A stretch of DNA of 64,000 bases from Nemertoderma westbladi (Eukaryota > Animalia > Xenacoelomorpha), in NCBI GenBank assembly GCA_032718475.1, contig JAUCBJ010001045.1:1-64000 (forward strand), in the 5' to 3' direction. Position 1 is the stretch's first letter; each line of letters starts with the position of its first letter. Below the pieces are notes generated by a model that saw nothing but the letters and a program-made list of their open reading frames with translations, was not told where the DNA came from and did not search any database. Shown here piece after piece: positions 1-12,510 of this stretch. The translations under genes were made by a program, and so were the position numbers.

Positions 1-59
1 TCATTTATATTATTTGGTGTTTAGTTTCAGTATCTGTCGGCATACCTTAACAACCGTTT

Positions 60-1820
60 CAAAAGTCCTTTTCAGTAATTCCCATGTTGCACGAAGGCCT
101 CTGAATTGTTTCAACAATTCGTGTTTGCATGGTTGGAAAATTGCGACGATCGCAAAGGCTTCAGAACAGTTTCAAAACCTTTTACAGTTTCAAAGCATTT
201 GACATGCTGCGCAAAGGCCTGGATAATTTCGCAGCTATTTCAGTATTTATGAAGCTGCACAAAGACCTCTGAACAATTTAAACAGCTCATTTCAGCATTT
301 ATCATGCTTTACGAATTCTTTTTAACAGTTTCAACAGCTCTTTTCAGTCTTTCTCATGCTGCATGAACTCATGAAGGTCTCTGATTGTCTGAACAGTTCT
401 AACGGCTATTTTCAACATTTCTCATGTTGCATGACAGCATGAAGCCCTTGGAAGTCGGAACAATTTCAACTGTTCTTTTCAGCATTTATCATGCTGCATG
501 AAGGATTCTGAACAGTTTTATGTGCTCTTCTCAGTATTTCTCATGCTGCACGAGGGCTTTTAACAGTTTCAACAGCTCTTTTCAGCATTTCTCATGCTGC
601 ACGAAGGCCTCTAAACAGATTCGACAGCTATTTTCGGCATTCTCATACTGCACGAAGTCCTCTGAACAACTTCAAATGTTATTTTCAGCATTTATCATGC
701 TGCATGAAGGACTCAGAACAGTTTTATCAGCTCTTTTTAGTATTTCTCATGCTGCATGAAGGCCTTTTAGCAGTTTAAACAGCCCTTTTCAGCATTTATC
801 ATGCTGCATGAAGGCCTTTTAGCGGTTTCAACAGCCCTTTTCAGCATTTATCATGCTGCACGAAGGCCTCTGAACAGTTTCAACAGCTATTTTCGGCATT
901 CTCATATTGCTGTATTGCACAAAGCCCTCTGAACTGAACAACTTCAAATTTTATTTTCAGCATTTATCATGCTGCATGAAGGACTCTGAACAGTTTTATC
1001 AGCTCTTTTCAGTATTTTTCATGCTGCATGAAGGCCTTTTGGCCGTTTCAACAGCCCTTTTCAGCATTTATCATGCTGCACGAAGACATCTGAACAGTTT
1101 CAACAGCTATTTTCGGCATTCTCATATTGCACAAAGCCCTCTGAACAACTTCAAATGTTATTTTCAGCATTTTTCATGCTGCATGAAGGACTTTGAACAG
1201 TTTTATAACTTTCAACAGCAATTTGCAGCATTTCTCATGTTGCACGAAGCCATCTGAACAATTTCAACTGTTATTTTCAGCATTTATCATGCTGCATAAA
1301 GAACTCTGAACAGTTTTATCAACTCTTTTCAGTATTTCACATTCTGTGCGAAGGCCTGAAAGTTTCAAAACTTATTTTCAGTCCTTCTCAAGCTGCTCGA
1401 AGACCTCTGAACAGTTTCAACAGCACTTTTCAGCATTTATCATGCTGCACAAAGCTCTGAATAGTTTCATTTCAACATCTATTTTCAGTGTTTATCATGC
1501 TGCACAAAGGTCTCTGAGCAGCTTTGAGAGATCTTTTATGTAGGCCTATTTTTCAAACTGTGCGAAGGTCCCTGGGCAGTTTTATCAGTTCTTTTCAGCC
1601 CTCTGAACAATTTCAACTGCACTTTTCAGCATTTATCATGCTGCACAAAGGACTCTGAACAGTTTTAGTAGCTCTTTTTTAGTATTTAACATGCTGCGCG
1701 AAGGCCTGAATAGTTTCAAAAGCTCTTTTCAGTATTTAAAATGCAGCAAGAATGTCTCTAACTAAAGCGTTTTGACAGCTCGTTTTAGTATTTGTGATGC
1801 TACTTGAAGGCCTCTAAATA
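60..1820. repeat. Degenerate ~52-bp tandem repeat (minisatellite)
   Basis: Recurrent unit like TTTTCAGCATTTATCATGCTGCACGAAGGCCTCTGAACAGTTTCAACAGCTA; roughly 30+ diverged copies. It explains the short spurious ORFs at 520-1543. Confidence 0.9.
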
Positions 1821-1859
1821 GATTTGGTGGGGGTGAAATGAACATAAGAACCCAGCGTT

Positions 1860-2112
1860 CATGTCAATATTGACATTAGATGTCAATATTGACATGCAAT
1901 AAAACATATCATGAAAATTATTACAAACAACAATATACATTGGTTGGATTCAACAATATTTTAATTAAAATAGATATTCTCTTTACAAAAAACATTTTCT
2001 ACTTTTCAAATCACAATATTTAAAAAATTTATGATCAAAACATGTCAATATTGACATCATGTCAATTTTGACATGGAACATGTCAATATTGACAACATGT
2101 CAATATTGACAA
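1860..2112. repeat. Cluster of palindromic ATGTCAATATTGACAT motifs
   Basis: Motif occurs twice at 1860-1896 and about four times at 2041-2112; possibly the remnant of a MITE. Confidence 0.7.
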
Positions 2113-3501
2113 AGTGCCAGACTGACCTACAGTATGATTGATTATGAGCGATTGGCGAACGATAACCATGCTTTATTTTTTTTTAAATAAATAATTAAAT
2201 TTTTAAAATTTTTTGAAAAACTCCGGCTCCTGCTCCGGCTCCGCCCAAATTGTCCAACTCCGGCTCCGGCTCCGACTCCGGCCAAATCCCAACTCCGATC
2301 GAGCCCTAGTACGTACCCTTCCAAGTTCCAGTGTACTTGTCACACTGGCTGACTGGTGTATGCAGGTATTCCAGTATTGTAGAATTTGGGCCTACTGCTG
2401 TAGCCTATGGCACCTAATGCTGTAATGCAAATTGCTGCATTGGCAAGTGCTCCAAAAACTAGGCCTACACCAGTACACCGCTACACCTGACAGCCTTACC
2501 ACAGTACGGTACTGCAGTAACAGTGCTGTATCAATGTAAATTCAATTAGACTTAATTAAGCAACATAGCAAAGCTAATTTTTCCTAAATTTATGTTCAAA
2601 TGATGCAACTGAGCGAGATAATTAATTTCGTGACTGTGTTTGAGGCTTAAATAAATCTTTTGGGGTGTGTGTGGGCCTGTGTGCCTCCTCCCGCTTGTGT
2701 TTGACTGTGTGCCTATTTTAGTAACATCCCATATTCCTACTGTTTACAACTGCGGATGTACAATAAATATGCAGCTGTTAGCTGTTACTTTGTGAAGTTC
2801 ACTTCCTTCGGTTTTGTTTTTTACGATTAATGTAAACTAAATTCTCAAAATAGAATACATATTAGTCTAATTCTAGGTCTACTTTACCACTACTGTACTG
2901 TGTAATGTAATAATAGAATAGTTAGTGCAATGTAGTGATGATAAGCGGCATATCGAAATAATCATGTAGTGGTGCAACGCGAACTTGTGGTTTAGGCCTG
3001 GAAGGTCTAGAAATTTTTTTAATGTGGCAGACCTAGGTCAGTAGGTGCGTTCAAGGTTTTTCCATGTGTTATTAATTTTGTATTCTACTGTCTGTAGAAC
3101 TCCTCTTTTTCTATTACTGTAACTTCTTAAATAAAATAGATGTAGGCCTACAGTTATGTTATGTTAGAGCTCCGACATTGAATTGTTTATTGAACTCGTT
3201 ATTCATAAAGTTCTTACTTAAAATTTTTTTAAATAACCGTTACACCTCGGTACGAGGTAACAGATTGTATTAAATAGTTTAAAAAATTTGATAGCACAAA
3301 ATTTAACACAATCCAACAAATTACAGCAGGTTATAGGAGCACAAGTACATATACGGCTTCTAGCTTGTTGCGAGATCTGATATGTAGCGAGGGACAGAAT
3401 GTACAAGATAGAGCGTTGTAGCGGTCTGAACAGTCTCTGAGGCAGATACACTTAAAAGTACTTCAAATTTGCAGGCCTGTATTGGTGAGTTTGTAAAAAG
3501 T

Positions 3502-4344
3502 ATGAGTTTATTTGAAGATTATAACACCATAAGTTTACGGTACGATGAAACACGTTCACCTCCTGGTGTCACCAGCTATGCGTCCAAACTTCCACAGTTA
3601 ACTGGTAAGGGACTCAGTGAGCTGCACGTACTGGACGCCGGATGCGGGACCGGTAACTATGCGAAAGAGTTGCTGGACGCGGGTCTGGGGAAGGTTACCT
3701 GTCTAGACGCCAACTCGGGTATGTTGTCCAAAGCGAAACTGAAACTAAATGAATACGTTAAACAAGGAAGAGTTGGGTTCATAGAAGCTGTTTTGCCAGA
3801 TATGCCAATAAATTATGAATCTATTGATGTTGTTATGTTTAATTTTGTTCTCCATCATGTGGAAAGCGATTATGTAAATTACTCTAAGACAAGGGAAACC
3901 ATGGTTAATGTTTGTAAACAGTTATCGTCTAGGGTCATTGTATGTATTGCAGCATTCACACCCCAACAATTACGCGAATCTCTTTGGTTCTACAAGTTGC
4001 TACCGGAAAGAATCATGCAACGAGGTGAAAAGATGTTCATTCAAAGAAAAGATTTGGAACCAATACTCCAGGAGGTTGGTTTCAATTCTTATGAAAATCT
4101 GATGATATGTGAGAGTGTTCTCTCGGAAGATGATTACTACAATCATACAGCGATACTCAACAAATCGTGGCGAAGTAATCTTTCTTTATGGAACCTACTA
4201 ACAGCTGAAGAAGATAAATTCTTCGAAAGCAATATACGGGAATTAATAGATAGCGGAGAATGGGCTGAAATTGTCGCAGTTTGTGAGAGTCGGAGGAAGG
4301 CTATAGGTGATTGCTGTCTCAGCTTTGCTTACAATGTTATATAA
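3502..4344 (+). CDS. Class I SAM-dependent methyltransferase (Methyltransf_11/25-like), single coding exon, 280 aa
   Basis: Motif I VLDAGCGTG, post-I VTCLDAN, and DVVMFNFVLHH. First ATG is at 3502; TTTGCAG at 3468-3474 could be a 5'UTR splice acceptor. Substrate not determinable. Confidence 0.88.
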   Translation: MSLFEDYNTISLRYDETRSPPGVTSYASKLPQLTGKGLSELHVLDAGCGTGNYAKELLDAGLGKVTCLDANSGMLSKAKLKLNEYVKQGRVGFIEAVLPDMPINYESIDVVMFNFVLHHVESDYVNYSKTRETMVNVCKQLSSRVIVCIAAFTPQQLRESLWFYKLLPERIMQRGEKMFIQRKDLEPILQEVGFNSYENLMICESVLSEDDYYNHTAILNKSWRSNLSLWNLLTAEEDKFFESNIRELIDSGEWAEIVAVCESRRKAIGDCCLSFAYNVI

Positions 4345-4663
4345 TTTTGTATGTATAAGGTGCAACGAAAATAACAACGAAAATAAAAGTATAGGGGGAC
4401 ATTATTGGTCAGCAATAAACTATTAAGTAAATAATATTTATATGTGAAGGGCTACAACAATAACAACTTTGGTTAGGTTCATTATTAATTATTGTCCATA
4501 CTGTATTATGTTTTATACTGTATGAGTTGTCATACAGGGGTTACTGTAAAATGAGACTGCCAAGAATGAGTCCATAACGTGTAGGGGAAGGACGTATGTA
4601 CAATAGTTGAAAGACCTTTATGTTACTAATGTACTTTACCCGGATTATATTAACTGCTCTTAA

Positions 4664-5535
4664 GGGGGGGTATCCCCCCCCCCCATGAACCTTTTTTTAA
4701 TATGGCTGTCATTTAGTGTTAACTTATAATATTGCTATTTTGTCATGGCCAACCTCTGTATGGAAGGCCAAATAGCCTTTATAGTAAAATTTGTAGCCAC
4801 CCCCTAGCGGCTGGTGGCGGAATTAAAGATTTCACTAAAATTGCTACTAGTCCCTCAATTTTGGTCCAAATTTCTTGAAACCAACTTTTTTGGACTCTAA
4901 AAAAGTGATCGACTATACAAAAGTTGTCTTATAGAATTTTTAATTAGCCAATTTTATTTTAATTATTAATTTAATTAATTAATTATCATATTTTTAATTA
5001 AAAATGGCTAATTAGAAAAAATGGTAATATTTCTCAAAATTCCATAAGATAACTTTTAAAGAGCTTCCAAAGCTTGTTCGAATGAGCCATAAACAAAGAA
5101 AATTGGTTGAAAAATGACGGAGGAGTAGTAATTTGAAACTGAAAAATGTCATTCCGAGAAAATGCCCTTCAAAGTTTAAACCGTCCCGCCAAAATTGGCT
5201 GTCTGTGTTCTGGTTGGTTAATTATTTCTGGCACGAATGATGCACACCAACGAGCTACAATGTTCATTACTGGGGTTTTCGGGGTCGCTGATTTCATTTC
5301 CGATGTCAGTTTTAATTTTTCGTGGAATCGAGTCTATCTGTCGGTTTTCTGTCTTTCTTACAATTTGACGGACAGACCGTCATACGGAAAAACAGTGATA
5401 ACTCGAGAACTGAAAGAGGTCTCACTAAGCGGTTTTCAGAATTGTAATCCTCATTAAATTCTGCTCTAGGTGAAATAAAGAAACAATAATTTGAAAATTT
5501 TACCTGAGGAGGGGTATACCCCCCCCCCCCCCCCC
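4664..5535. mobile_element. Non-autonomous DNA transposon with TTAA TSD (Kolobok/piggyBac-type)
   Basis: TTAA|GGGGGGGTATCCCCC ... GGGGTATACCCCCC|TTAA. Internal motifs are shared with elements near 36.0-36.9 kb and 40.8-41.6 kb. Confidence 0.7.
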
Positions 5536-6779
5536 TTAACTTTATGATGTGATTCCATCTAAAAAGTTGATATGGTTATCAACAGGTAAACACAAAGTAT
5601 TATGAAAATCTACGAATAGCTGAAACATAGCACGGTCGGTTCATTCTATTGATTGAACAGCTGTCGTGGTATCTTTAAGGGATAACTTGAGATCATCACA
5701 AGTAGAAGTGTTGCATTGAAACCAAGCTGTTCAGTTGATAGTAAAATCGCGATTTTCTGGGGTATCCTCGAGTTCCGAATGGATGATAACAGTTTTAAGA
5801 AAGAGCTCAGCACGAATATACCACGGTAGTTTCAAGGGTCTAATATGGAACACTTGTAGAAAACAAGAGCTTTTATAATACTAACTTTTCATTTTTGGAG
5901 GATTCCCATTCTACCATGACTGAGGCTGAGGTCGAACACCTATTAGGTAATGCTTTAAAAAAAATTTTATTTTAAATTTTTTATATAAATTATTTACAGT
6001 AATACGACGTTTGAAGAAGTATTCCGCGCAGTTGCCATGGTAACTGGATTTTGAAAATTATGACAATAATTATGGCTTCATATGCTATTTTTCCTGTACT
6101 CAGTGATTTTCAAATTCACCTCACTTTTGCGCTTCAACATAACAATTTTCCAAAATTATACTTTTGTAAAATTGTATGCATTTATCAATTTTACATCATA
6201 ACAGATGATGCAGCCATGTAAAAAATAAAATTTGTCAAATCATTTTGAACTTTACCGGTATGTCTATAATTTGGTAAAACAAAACAATAATTCAATATTT
6301 AGGCCTACAGTTGAATTAATCAAGGTTTATGACGTCCAGTATGGAGAAGGATGAGAACATTCAGGTCTGTTATGTTATGATGCCGCCAGGGCTACAGGAG
6401 CAATATCTGCAAGTTGGTGTAATAGACATATGGTGAGATAGACATTGTAGTTAAATAATAATTAATATATAATTTAATAACTGATTTGTCTTGATGGCTA
6501 AGAGATGGAATCTCCCTGCACCTGGCATAAGAAATCAACAACAAGAAATGTTGAAATTTTAACTAAATAATATAGAAAAAAAAAAATGTCTATGAAAAAA
6601 GGATACCTTATAGGTCCCAATATATTGACAAGTCCATTAAGTTATATTAACCAACACTAATCAACAAATCTGTTACTGCAATTAATAATATCAATAACCA
6701 ACCAGTTGTAAATAATTATAATCGAAACTAAAAATAAACTACAAATAAATAAGTTATTATATTAAAATTACAAACAAAA

Positions 6780-9700
6780 TTATTTAAAACCAGTAAAATC
6801 CATCTTTAATTTAATCGATGGTTGAGCCGAGGGTCTAGTGGATTTATTACTAAGAATTGATTGGCCAGGAGACCGGGGCTTCGACTTCGCTGCGATAATG
6901 GCGGACTCCAAGGCCCCCTTGAGGCGGGGTGCTGCGGACATAACAACCTTAAACTGCTGCGGATACAACGGCCCAATAGTCATTAATCTCTGCAGACAGT
7001 AGTCTCTAACGCAAGATTCACTACTGGGAGTCAGGAAGGCTATGAGGACGGGGACAAGAACCGATATGAGCGAGACTTTATGGTCATCTATCGATTTACT
7101 TACAACAATCTCGGCGCACTTAATGCATTCTACAAGCAGCGGGAACTCTAAAGGATCGAACTCAGCGGAGCAATCCACTGACTGTAGATGATGGATCACT
7201 GCAGGGGCCATCCCTCGAATAAAATACCTCGAAATATCGAGACTTTCCGATTGAAACAACAGAACTAACTGGCGTACCAGATGTATCTTTGATATGTAAT
7301 CCGGATTGTTCCAGAGATCGTTGAAGATATCTAAACTGGACTCCATAATGTGGACATTGGATGCGATAGAATGATGGGCCTTGACTAGTAAACGAGTTAG
7401 TATAAAGGTTGATGAGATACCGTCTAGTCTGTTACGCTCTGAGTAGTCTATTACAGAGCATAACGTGCTGCGCGATAGGGTTACTCGTTCCGCTCGGTCG
7501 CTGTCCAGTTGCTGTTCTAGTATATCGGTAACCTGGGCAACACAGACCCGTAGAGTCTCATGCACTTGCCCCGGGACCACGCACTGCCCGTAATGGGCCA
7601 TCACGCTGGTCAATATGTGCAGCACCGTCGGGACCACGTTGCCGTAGCAACCGTCTGCGCAGGAGGGAGATTCCAGACAAAGATTCACGGCAAGAGATAG
7701 CAGACGCACGGTCGAACCAATGAGACTGCGGGAATCGGAGTCGAAACAACTGCCAATCAGAGAGGGGTTTCCATGGCCACCGGACGACTTGTAAATACTC
7801 AACCCGGGAACGTGGCGAAACAGCAAACAGATGGCGATCTCTAGAACGGCGAAGACAACCGAACGGCCCGGCTCGATGTTATCCATTGCCTCCGAGGTCG
7901 ATTGTTCGGTACAATCGGAATCAACTGACTTCCCGGAATCACCCGACTTTCCGGAATCACATAGGGAAGCGCTAACTGCCCGCTCGACTATTCTGGCCAC
8001 CAAGTTGTGCAACGCGATATCATTTTTGGTCAACAAAAGTCGATGTAGAACATTTAGTAATTCTATTACCAATTGTGAATTTTTTGACATCAAAAGTTTC
8101 GTTTCGTCGGCGGAAAAAAGTTGGAAAAGTGATTTTAAAACTATTTCAATGTTGTCTAACTTTTCGTCTCCTCTTTTAGACGAAAGACATTCAGTACAAA
8201 TCCCGAAGATGAGGTGGATGCGGTCCTTAATGATGTCCTCGGTGGACTTCGCGAGGATGGCCGGTAGCAGCGGGAAGCCGCCGTAGGTGGCGGGCTGCGC
8301 CACACTACGGTGGCAGTCAGCCTTCTCCCGCTCTGTGCCGCCGAAACCGCCACCGTCGGTCAGCCACAGCGTGGCGGCGTGCAGAACAGTTGCCCAGCAA
8401 CCGAGATAGATGGGCCGGACGGCCTGCGCGGAATCCGGCGAGTAGAAGGCGCCTCCTTCCGCCGGAAGTTGGCCATCGTAATCCCGAGGTAGACTCAGCA
8501 GCCCGTAGTCCCTCAGTAAACTGAACCAATAGCGACTCAGCAGTTTCAACTCCGGTTCAACCAATTCAAACAACGATTCATCGTTATTTTCCACCTTAGA
8601 ATTAACAGCCACAACGTATATAGTCGCCCACGCCTTTACAACCGCGAGAGTTTCCAGCGTACATGCGGCCTCGCTGTACAACAAAGGGACTCCCTCCGAC
8701 TTCATCCCGATTCGAACTCGCGACAAACTCGTCACCATCAGCTGATGGACCCGCCGCAGATCCCCGGGGTCACTGAGCACCCCGCTGGCGACCCAGACGC
8801 TCAGCACGTCGCAGGCTGTCGCCATCACGTTGGCCGGGGTCCCGTCGACCGCGGTGAAGGCGGGACGCAACGCGGCCCCGACCTGCGCCTGGAACTGCTC
8901 GAGGAGTCGGGCCTCCGGGAAGTCCGGGTCCGGAACCGCCCCGAACCGGTCCACTAGGTCGCGCAACGCGCGGAGTCCCTCCAACCTAAGGGGGTCGCTG
9001 GTCGACGTAGCGGCGACGAACACCATCCTGACCAGCTCCCCGGTCCGCTGCACCAGGTAGACACCCCCACCGCTAGCCACCCGCTCTCTCGCCAACTCCG
9101 CGTTGAAATGCGCCTCGGAGTCGGACCTACAGACCGCGACGATCCTTCGGAGACACTCAGTCGCGAAGAGTTTACTTCTCCATCGGGGTTCCTTCAACGC
9201 TTCTTCGGAACCCCGATGGAACACAGCGGAATCATCCTCATCTTCGGGCTCCCCTTCCTCCTTACCATCCTCCTTACCCTTACCACTCCTCTCCGACGAC
9301 GTGCATAGAACTCGCACCAACAGTTTCAACCAGATGTCCAGCTTCGAGCAACCCAACTCTGTGACCAGACTGGTGAGAGTGTCTTTAATGTCCCCCACCA
9401 TTTGCTCATCAGTTTCCTCGTGTAACATATCGAACAAAGTGTTTTCTATGTCCCTACCGGCTTCCCCAGCCGCCATGTAGTTGGCGATATCGCGGCTCTC
9501 TCGCTGCGCCAACTGTCGCAGACACCCTATGGCGGCGCGCCTCAGCTGTAGATGGGCGCTCGCGAGGTGCGCCACCAGGTGCGGCACCAGGTTGGCGAGG
9601 TTCACATGCCGCGGCGCGAACAGATGGAGTTGCTGCAGACAGCTGATCGCTTCGGCCTGTACGAGCCGATCGGTGTGGGTCAGCATGATCTCGCAGCCGA

Positions 9701-10835
9701 CGAGGCAACTGCCGCGGGCCGTGGCGATCTGCGACGTGTTGGTCTGCAACTCCGGGCCGAGCGTAGTGATGAGAGCGGCGAGACACCTGCCGAGACACTG
9801 GTGCAGGTCCGCGGTGGCCCCGGTGACGGAGAGCAGCATGGCGACGACGAGGGCGAGAGTGGGTTCCACGTAGGAGCGAAACAAGGGGCCTCCGGAATCC
9901 GCGATCAAGGACAGCGCATGTATGGACCAGGCCTGGACGGCGGGGGAACTAGCGTCCTGCGCCAAGGCCAGCAGGATGGACACGCTCGTGTTGAGATGCT
10001 GCCCCGAGCCCATCCCGCCCACGTACCGGTGCAGACAACCCAGCACCAAGGAGTTACCCGTTCTAGAATGCACGTCTCGCGAGGTTTTCAAGCGATCGAA
10101 TGTGCTCTGAACGATCTCAGCGACGAAGGAATTCTCTCTGACGACTTGAGCCATCCTCCCCAAGGTCTCCCCCGCGGCGCAGCGGAGGATCGGGTTGGCG
10201 TTGTTCAACCCGGAGAGAACGAGATCGCTCGCGGCAACTAGAACCTCTTTAGAACCGAGTCCGGATTTCGCATCAGCTAGACACTTTAGCGCGCAGAGAA
10301 TCGTGGTGAATATATTGACTTGCATGGATTCCTGTCGGTTGGCGGATTTCGCTTGTTTGAGACATTCGGCGAAATGTTGCAGCATCTGTAGTCGATGTTT
10401 GTGAGCGACGCTGGGGAACATTAAACCGAAGAGAGCGATCGAGGCGTCTATAACGGCGACGCCTAAAGGCAGCGGTCCTGGGGGAGAGTTGCTGCGGGAG
10501 ACGGTGTACAGGGCGGTGGCGTCGTGCTCCAAGGCGCCGCTGCCGCTCGCCGAGTTCGGGGCGAGTTGGTCCTCGACGGGGGATTCGTCGGTTTCCTCCA
10601 GCCACGAGGATCCCAACACTACCGAGTCGTTGGGATGGCAGACGGAGCGTAGCAGACTGGTGGTCGTCGTGGCCACGTTGTCCGTCAGCGTGAACTCGGC
10701 TACGAGTTCGCGTAGGACGATGTTGAACTTATTCTCGTAGACGTGGATAGGGAGCAGCGCGAGAGTTCGGTAGAGTCGCAAACGGAACATTGCTGCCGCA
10801 GCGCGAAGCTGGTAACCGTTGGCGCGAACTATATC
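6780..10835 (-). CDS. HEATR5B: HEAT repeat-containing protein 5, exon 4 (terminal, 4056 bp)
   Basis: Acceptor cccag|GAT at 10835. Contains RLRLY, PLPLGVAVIDA, GCLHRYVGGMGSGQHL, LLEQFQAQVGAALRPAF and C-terminal PSIKLKMDF, all typical of HEATR5. The A/B paralog distinction is vertebrate-specific. Confidence 0.95.
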   Translation of the reverse strand, partial: DIVRANGYQLRAAAAMFRLRLYRTLALLPIHVYENKFNIVLRELVAEFTLTDNVATTTTSLLRSVCHPNDSVVLGSSWLEETDESPVEDQLAPNSASGSGALEHDATALYTVSRSNSPPGPLPLGVAVIDASIALFGLMFPSVAHKHRLQMLQHFAECLKQAKSANRQESMQVNIFTTILCALKCLADAKSGLGSKEVLVAASDLVLSGLNNANPILRCAAGETLGRMAQVVRENSFVAEIVQSTFDRLKTSRDVHSRTGNSLVLGCLHRYVGGMGSGQHLNTSVSILLALAQDASSPAVQAWSIHALSLIADSGGPLFRSYVEPTLALVVAMLLSVTGATADLHQCLGRCLAALITTLGPELQTNTSQIATARGSCLVGCEIMLTHTDRLVQAEAISCLQQLHLFAPRHVNLANLVPHLVAHLASAHLQLRRAAIGCLRQLAQRESRDIANYMAAGEAGRDIENTLFDMLHEETDEQMVGDIKDTLTSLVTELGCSKLDIWLKLLVRVLCTSSERSGKGKEDGKEEGEPEDEDDSAVFHRGSEEALKEPRWRSKLFATECLRRIVAVCRSDSEAHFNAELARERVASGGGVYLVQRTGELVRMVFVAATSTSDPLRLEGLRALRDLVDRFGAVPDPDFPEARLLEQFQAQVGAALRPAFTAVDGTPANVMATACDVLSVWVASGVLSDPGDLRRVHQLMVTSLSRVRIGMKSEGVPLLYSEAACTLETLAVVKAWATIYVVAVNSKVENNDESLFELVEPELKLLSRYWFSLLRDYGLLSLPRDYDGQLPAEGGAFYSPDSAQAVRPIYLGCWATVLHAATLWLTDGGGFGGTEREKADCHRSVAQPATYGGFPLLPAILAKSTEDIIKDRIHLIFGICTECLSSKRGDEKLDNIEIVLKSLFQLFSADETKLLMSKNSQLVIELLNVLHRLLLTKNDIALHNLVARIVERAVSASLCDSGKSGDSGKSVDSDCTEQSTSEAMDNIEPGRSVVFAVLEIAICLLFRHVPGLSIYKSSGGHGNPSLIGSCFDSDSRSLIGSTVRLLSLAVNLCLESPSCADGCYGNVVPTVLHILTSVMAHYGQCVVPGQVHETLRVCVAQVTDILEQQLDSDRAERVTLSRSTLCSVIDYSERNRLDGISSTFILTRLLVKAHHSIASNVHIMESSLDIFNDLWNNPDYISKIHLVRQLVLLFQSESLDISRYFIRGMAPAVIHHLQSVDCSAEFDPLEFPLLVECIKCAEIVVSKSIDDHKVSLISVLVPVLIAFLTPSSESCVRDYCLQRLMTIGPLYPQQFKVVMSAAPRLKGALESAIIAAKSKPRSPGQSILSNKSTRPSAQPSIKLKMDFTGFK

Positions 10836-11261
10836 CTGGGATGAATAATAAACAGTTTATTTACAAACAACGTGACAAATAATATAAACTGAAACACAAT
10901 GGACTATAATAGTCCATCACGTAAATCATACTTAGTACAAGTCCCACTTAATAGCAGCACTATGGGGTCATTAATGGCCATTGTCAACGTCCACAAATTG
11001 TGGGATTGCTTAAATTAAATTAATGATAATAAAAACATTTGCATGTTTCAACTACTATGATATTGTAGCCAATTTCGACGTCAAAAGTTACAATATTTTA
11101 ATTACAACGAGTTTCAGAGATACTGTAAGATATCTAAAGATAATAAAGTAGGTTTATGCTTTGGGTCTGAGTGATTTTATGAAATGGAAAATCAACGAAA
11201 TTTACAGTTTCATTCAGAGATACGCGATGACGACACAAACACACAATGATCAAGGATCACA

Positions 11262-11390
11262 TATGAATTAAATAAATAAATACGAATTAAATGAATAAAT
11301 ACGAATTAAATGAATAAATACGAATTAAATGAATAAATACGAATTAAATGAATAAATACGAATTAAATGAATAAGTACGAATTAAATAAA
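11262..11390. repeat. 19-bp tandem repeat (TACGAATTAAATGAATAAA) in HEATR5 intron 3
   Basis: About 6 near-identical copies. Confidence 0.85.
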
Positions 11391-11431
11391 ACAAATAAGT
11401 AGGCCTTGCATGGATAATGACGTCACTCTAC

Positions 11432-11909
11432 CTGTAGAATCGCCGTTAGAGATATCGCGCTCTCTATTGGTGGAACTAAACGTCTCCGGAGTTCGGCCGT
11501 CTGCAACTCGGCGCTGGACTCGAGGAAGGCAGACATGGACGCGAGCGCACCGCTGCGGGCCTCCAGGGTGACCTGCCAGGTGAAGGCGTCGCCCCGCTCG
11601 ACCTCGGTCTCCAGCTCCTTGGAGCTCCGGGGGAAGGCGTTGCGCCACAGAAGGAACATCCGGGGCAGCAGCGGCCGTGTGAGCGCCGGCCCGGCGGCCA
11701 TTAACGCGCTCAGCGCCAACCACCCGGCCTGGGTGCGCGGCTGACTCATCCGCGAGCTCTGGGACGCGGTTCGCAGGAGGTCCTCCCCCGTTGCGAACGT
11801 CTGTTTGACCTTGCTGTGCGGCACTCCCAGCGGCGACGCGGACAACGAGCCCAGCAGGGCTGCGATCGCCGCACTGTAGCCGTGGATGGCCTCCGGACTG
11901 CCTTTGTAC
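11432..11909 (-). CDS. HEATR5B: HEATR5 exon 3
   Basis: Acceptor tttccag| at 11909 and donor |gtagag after 11432. Encodes YKGSPEAIHGY...LLWRNAFPRS...RGDAFTWQVTLEARSGAL; phases 2 and 0 match the neighbouring exons. Confidence 0.93.
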
Positions 11910-12510
11910 CTGGAAATAAAAGTGAGTTTCGCTTAATATAATATTTTTGCCACCCTGGAGGTTTTTGATGCCCTAAAATTGACAATAATAATTGCTTTAT
12001 GACCTACCGCACCGGTTCAGCTCTTTATTTGCCGCCTAAGTTACTTTATTAACCCAACCGTGAAATCCTTCATTATATTAATTAATTAGTAGTTAATGTA
12101 CCTCCTACTTCTTTTATTGTTTCGTTTCGATTATGTGTGAAAAGTAGCTAAACCAGCAACAACAAAACCATTAGTACAAAAAAACAATAGTAAAGTTCTA
12201 GAACATTTGTTTTAATTTAATTTTTCTTAATTTAATATTTACAGTACATTGCTTATATAATGTGGGGCGAGCCACGAAGTGAGCGAAGCGTTAGCATATG
12301 GGTACCATTAACGAGTTGTATGTCGTCGTCGTCAATTTATGATCGCTAATAATAACGCAGTCATTCTTTGATGAAATTAAAACAAACTTGGTACGTACGT
12401 ATCCAGTCTTGTGCTGCGCGAAGGCCCCGTGAACGTATCTAATTTGTGTTTGACTTAAGTTTGTTAGGCATTATTGTGTCAATAAATTTATATATAAATA
12501 TATACAGTAC

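Noticed and set aside
7558-10740. Overlapping and antisense ORFs within HEATR5 exon 4 (likewise in tubulin, DARS2 and gag)
   Set aside because: Shadow ORFs of GC-rich coding sequence with no recognisable motifs.
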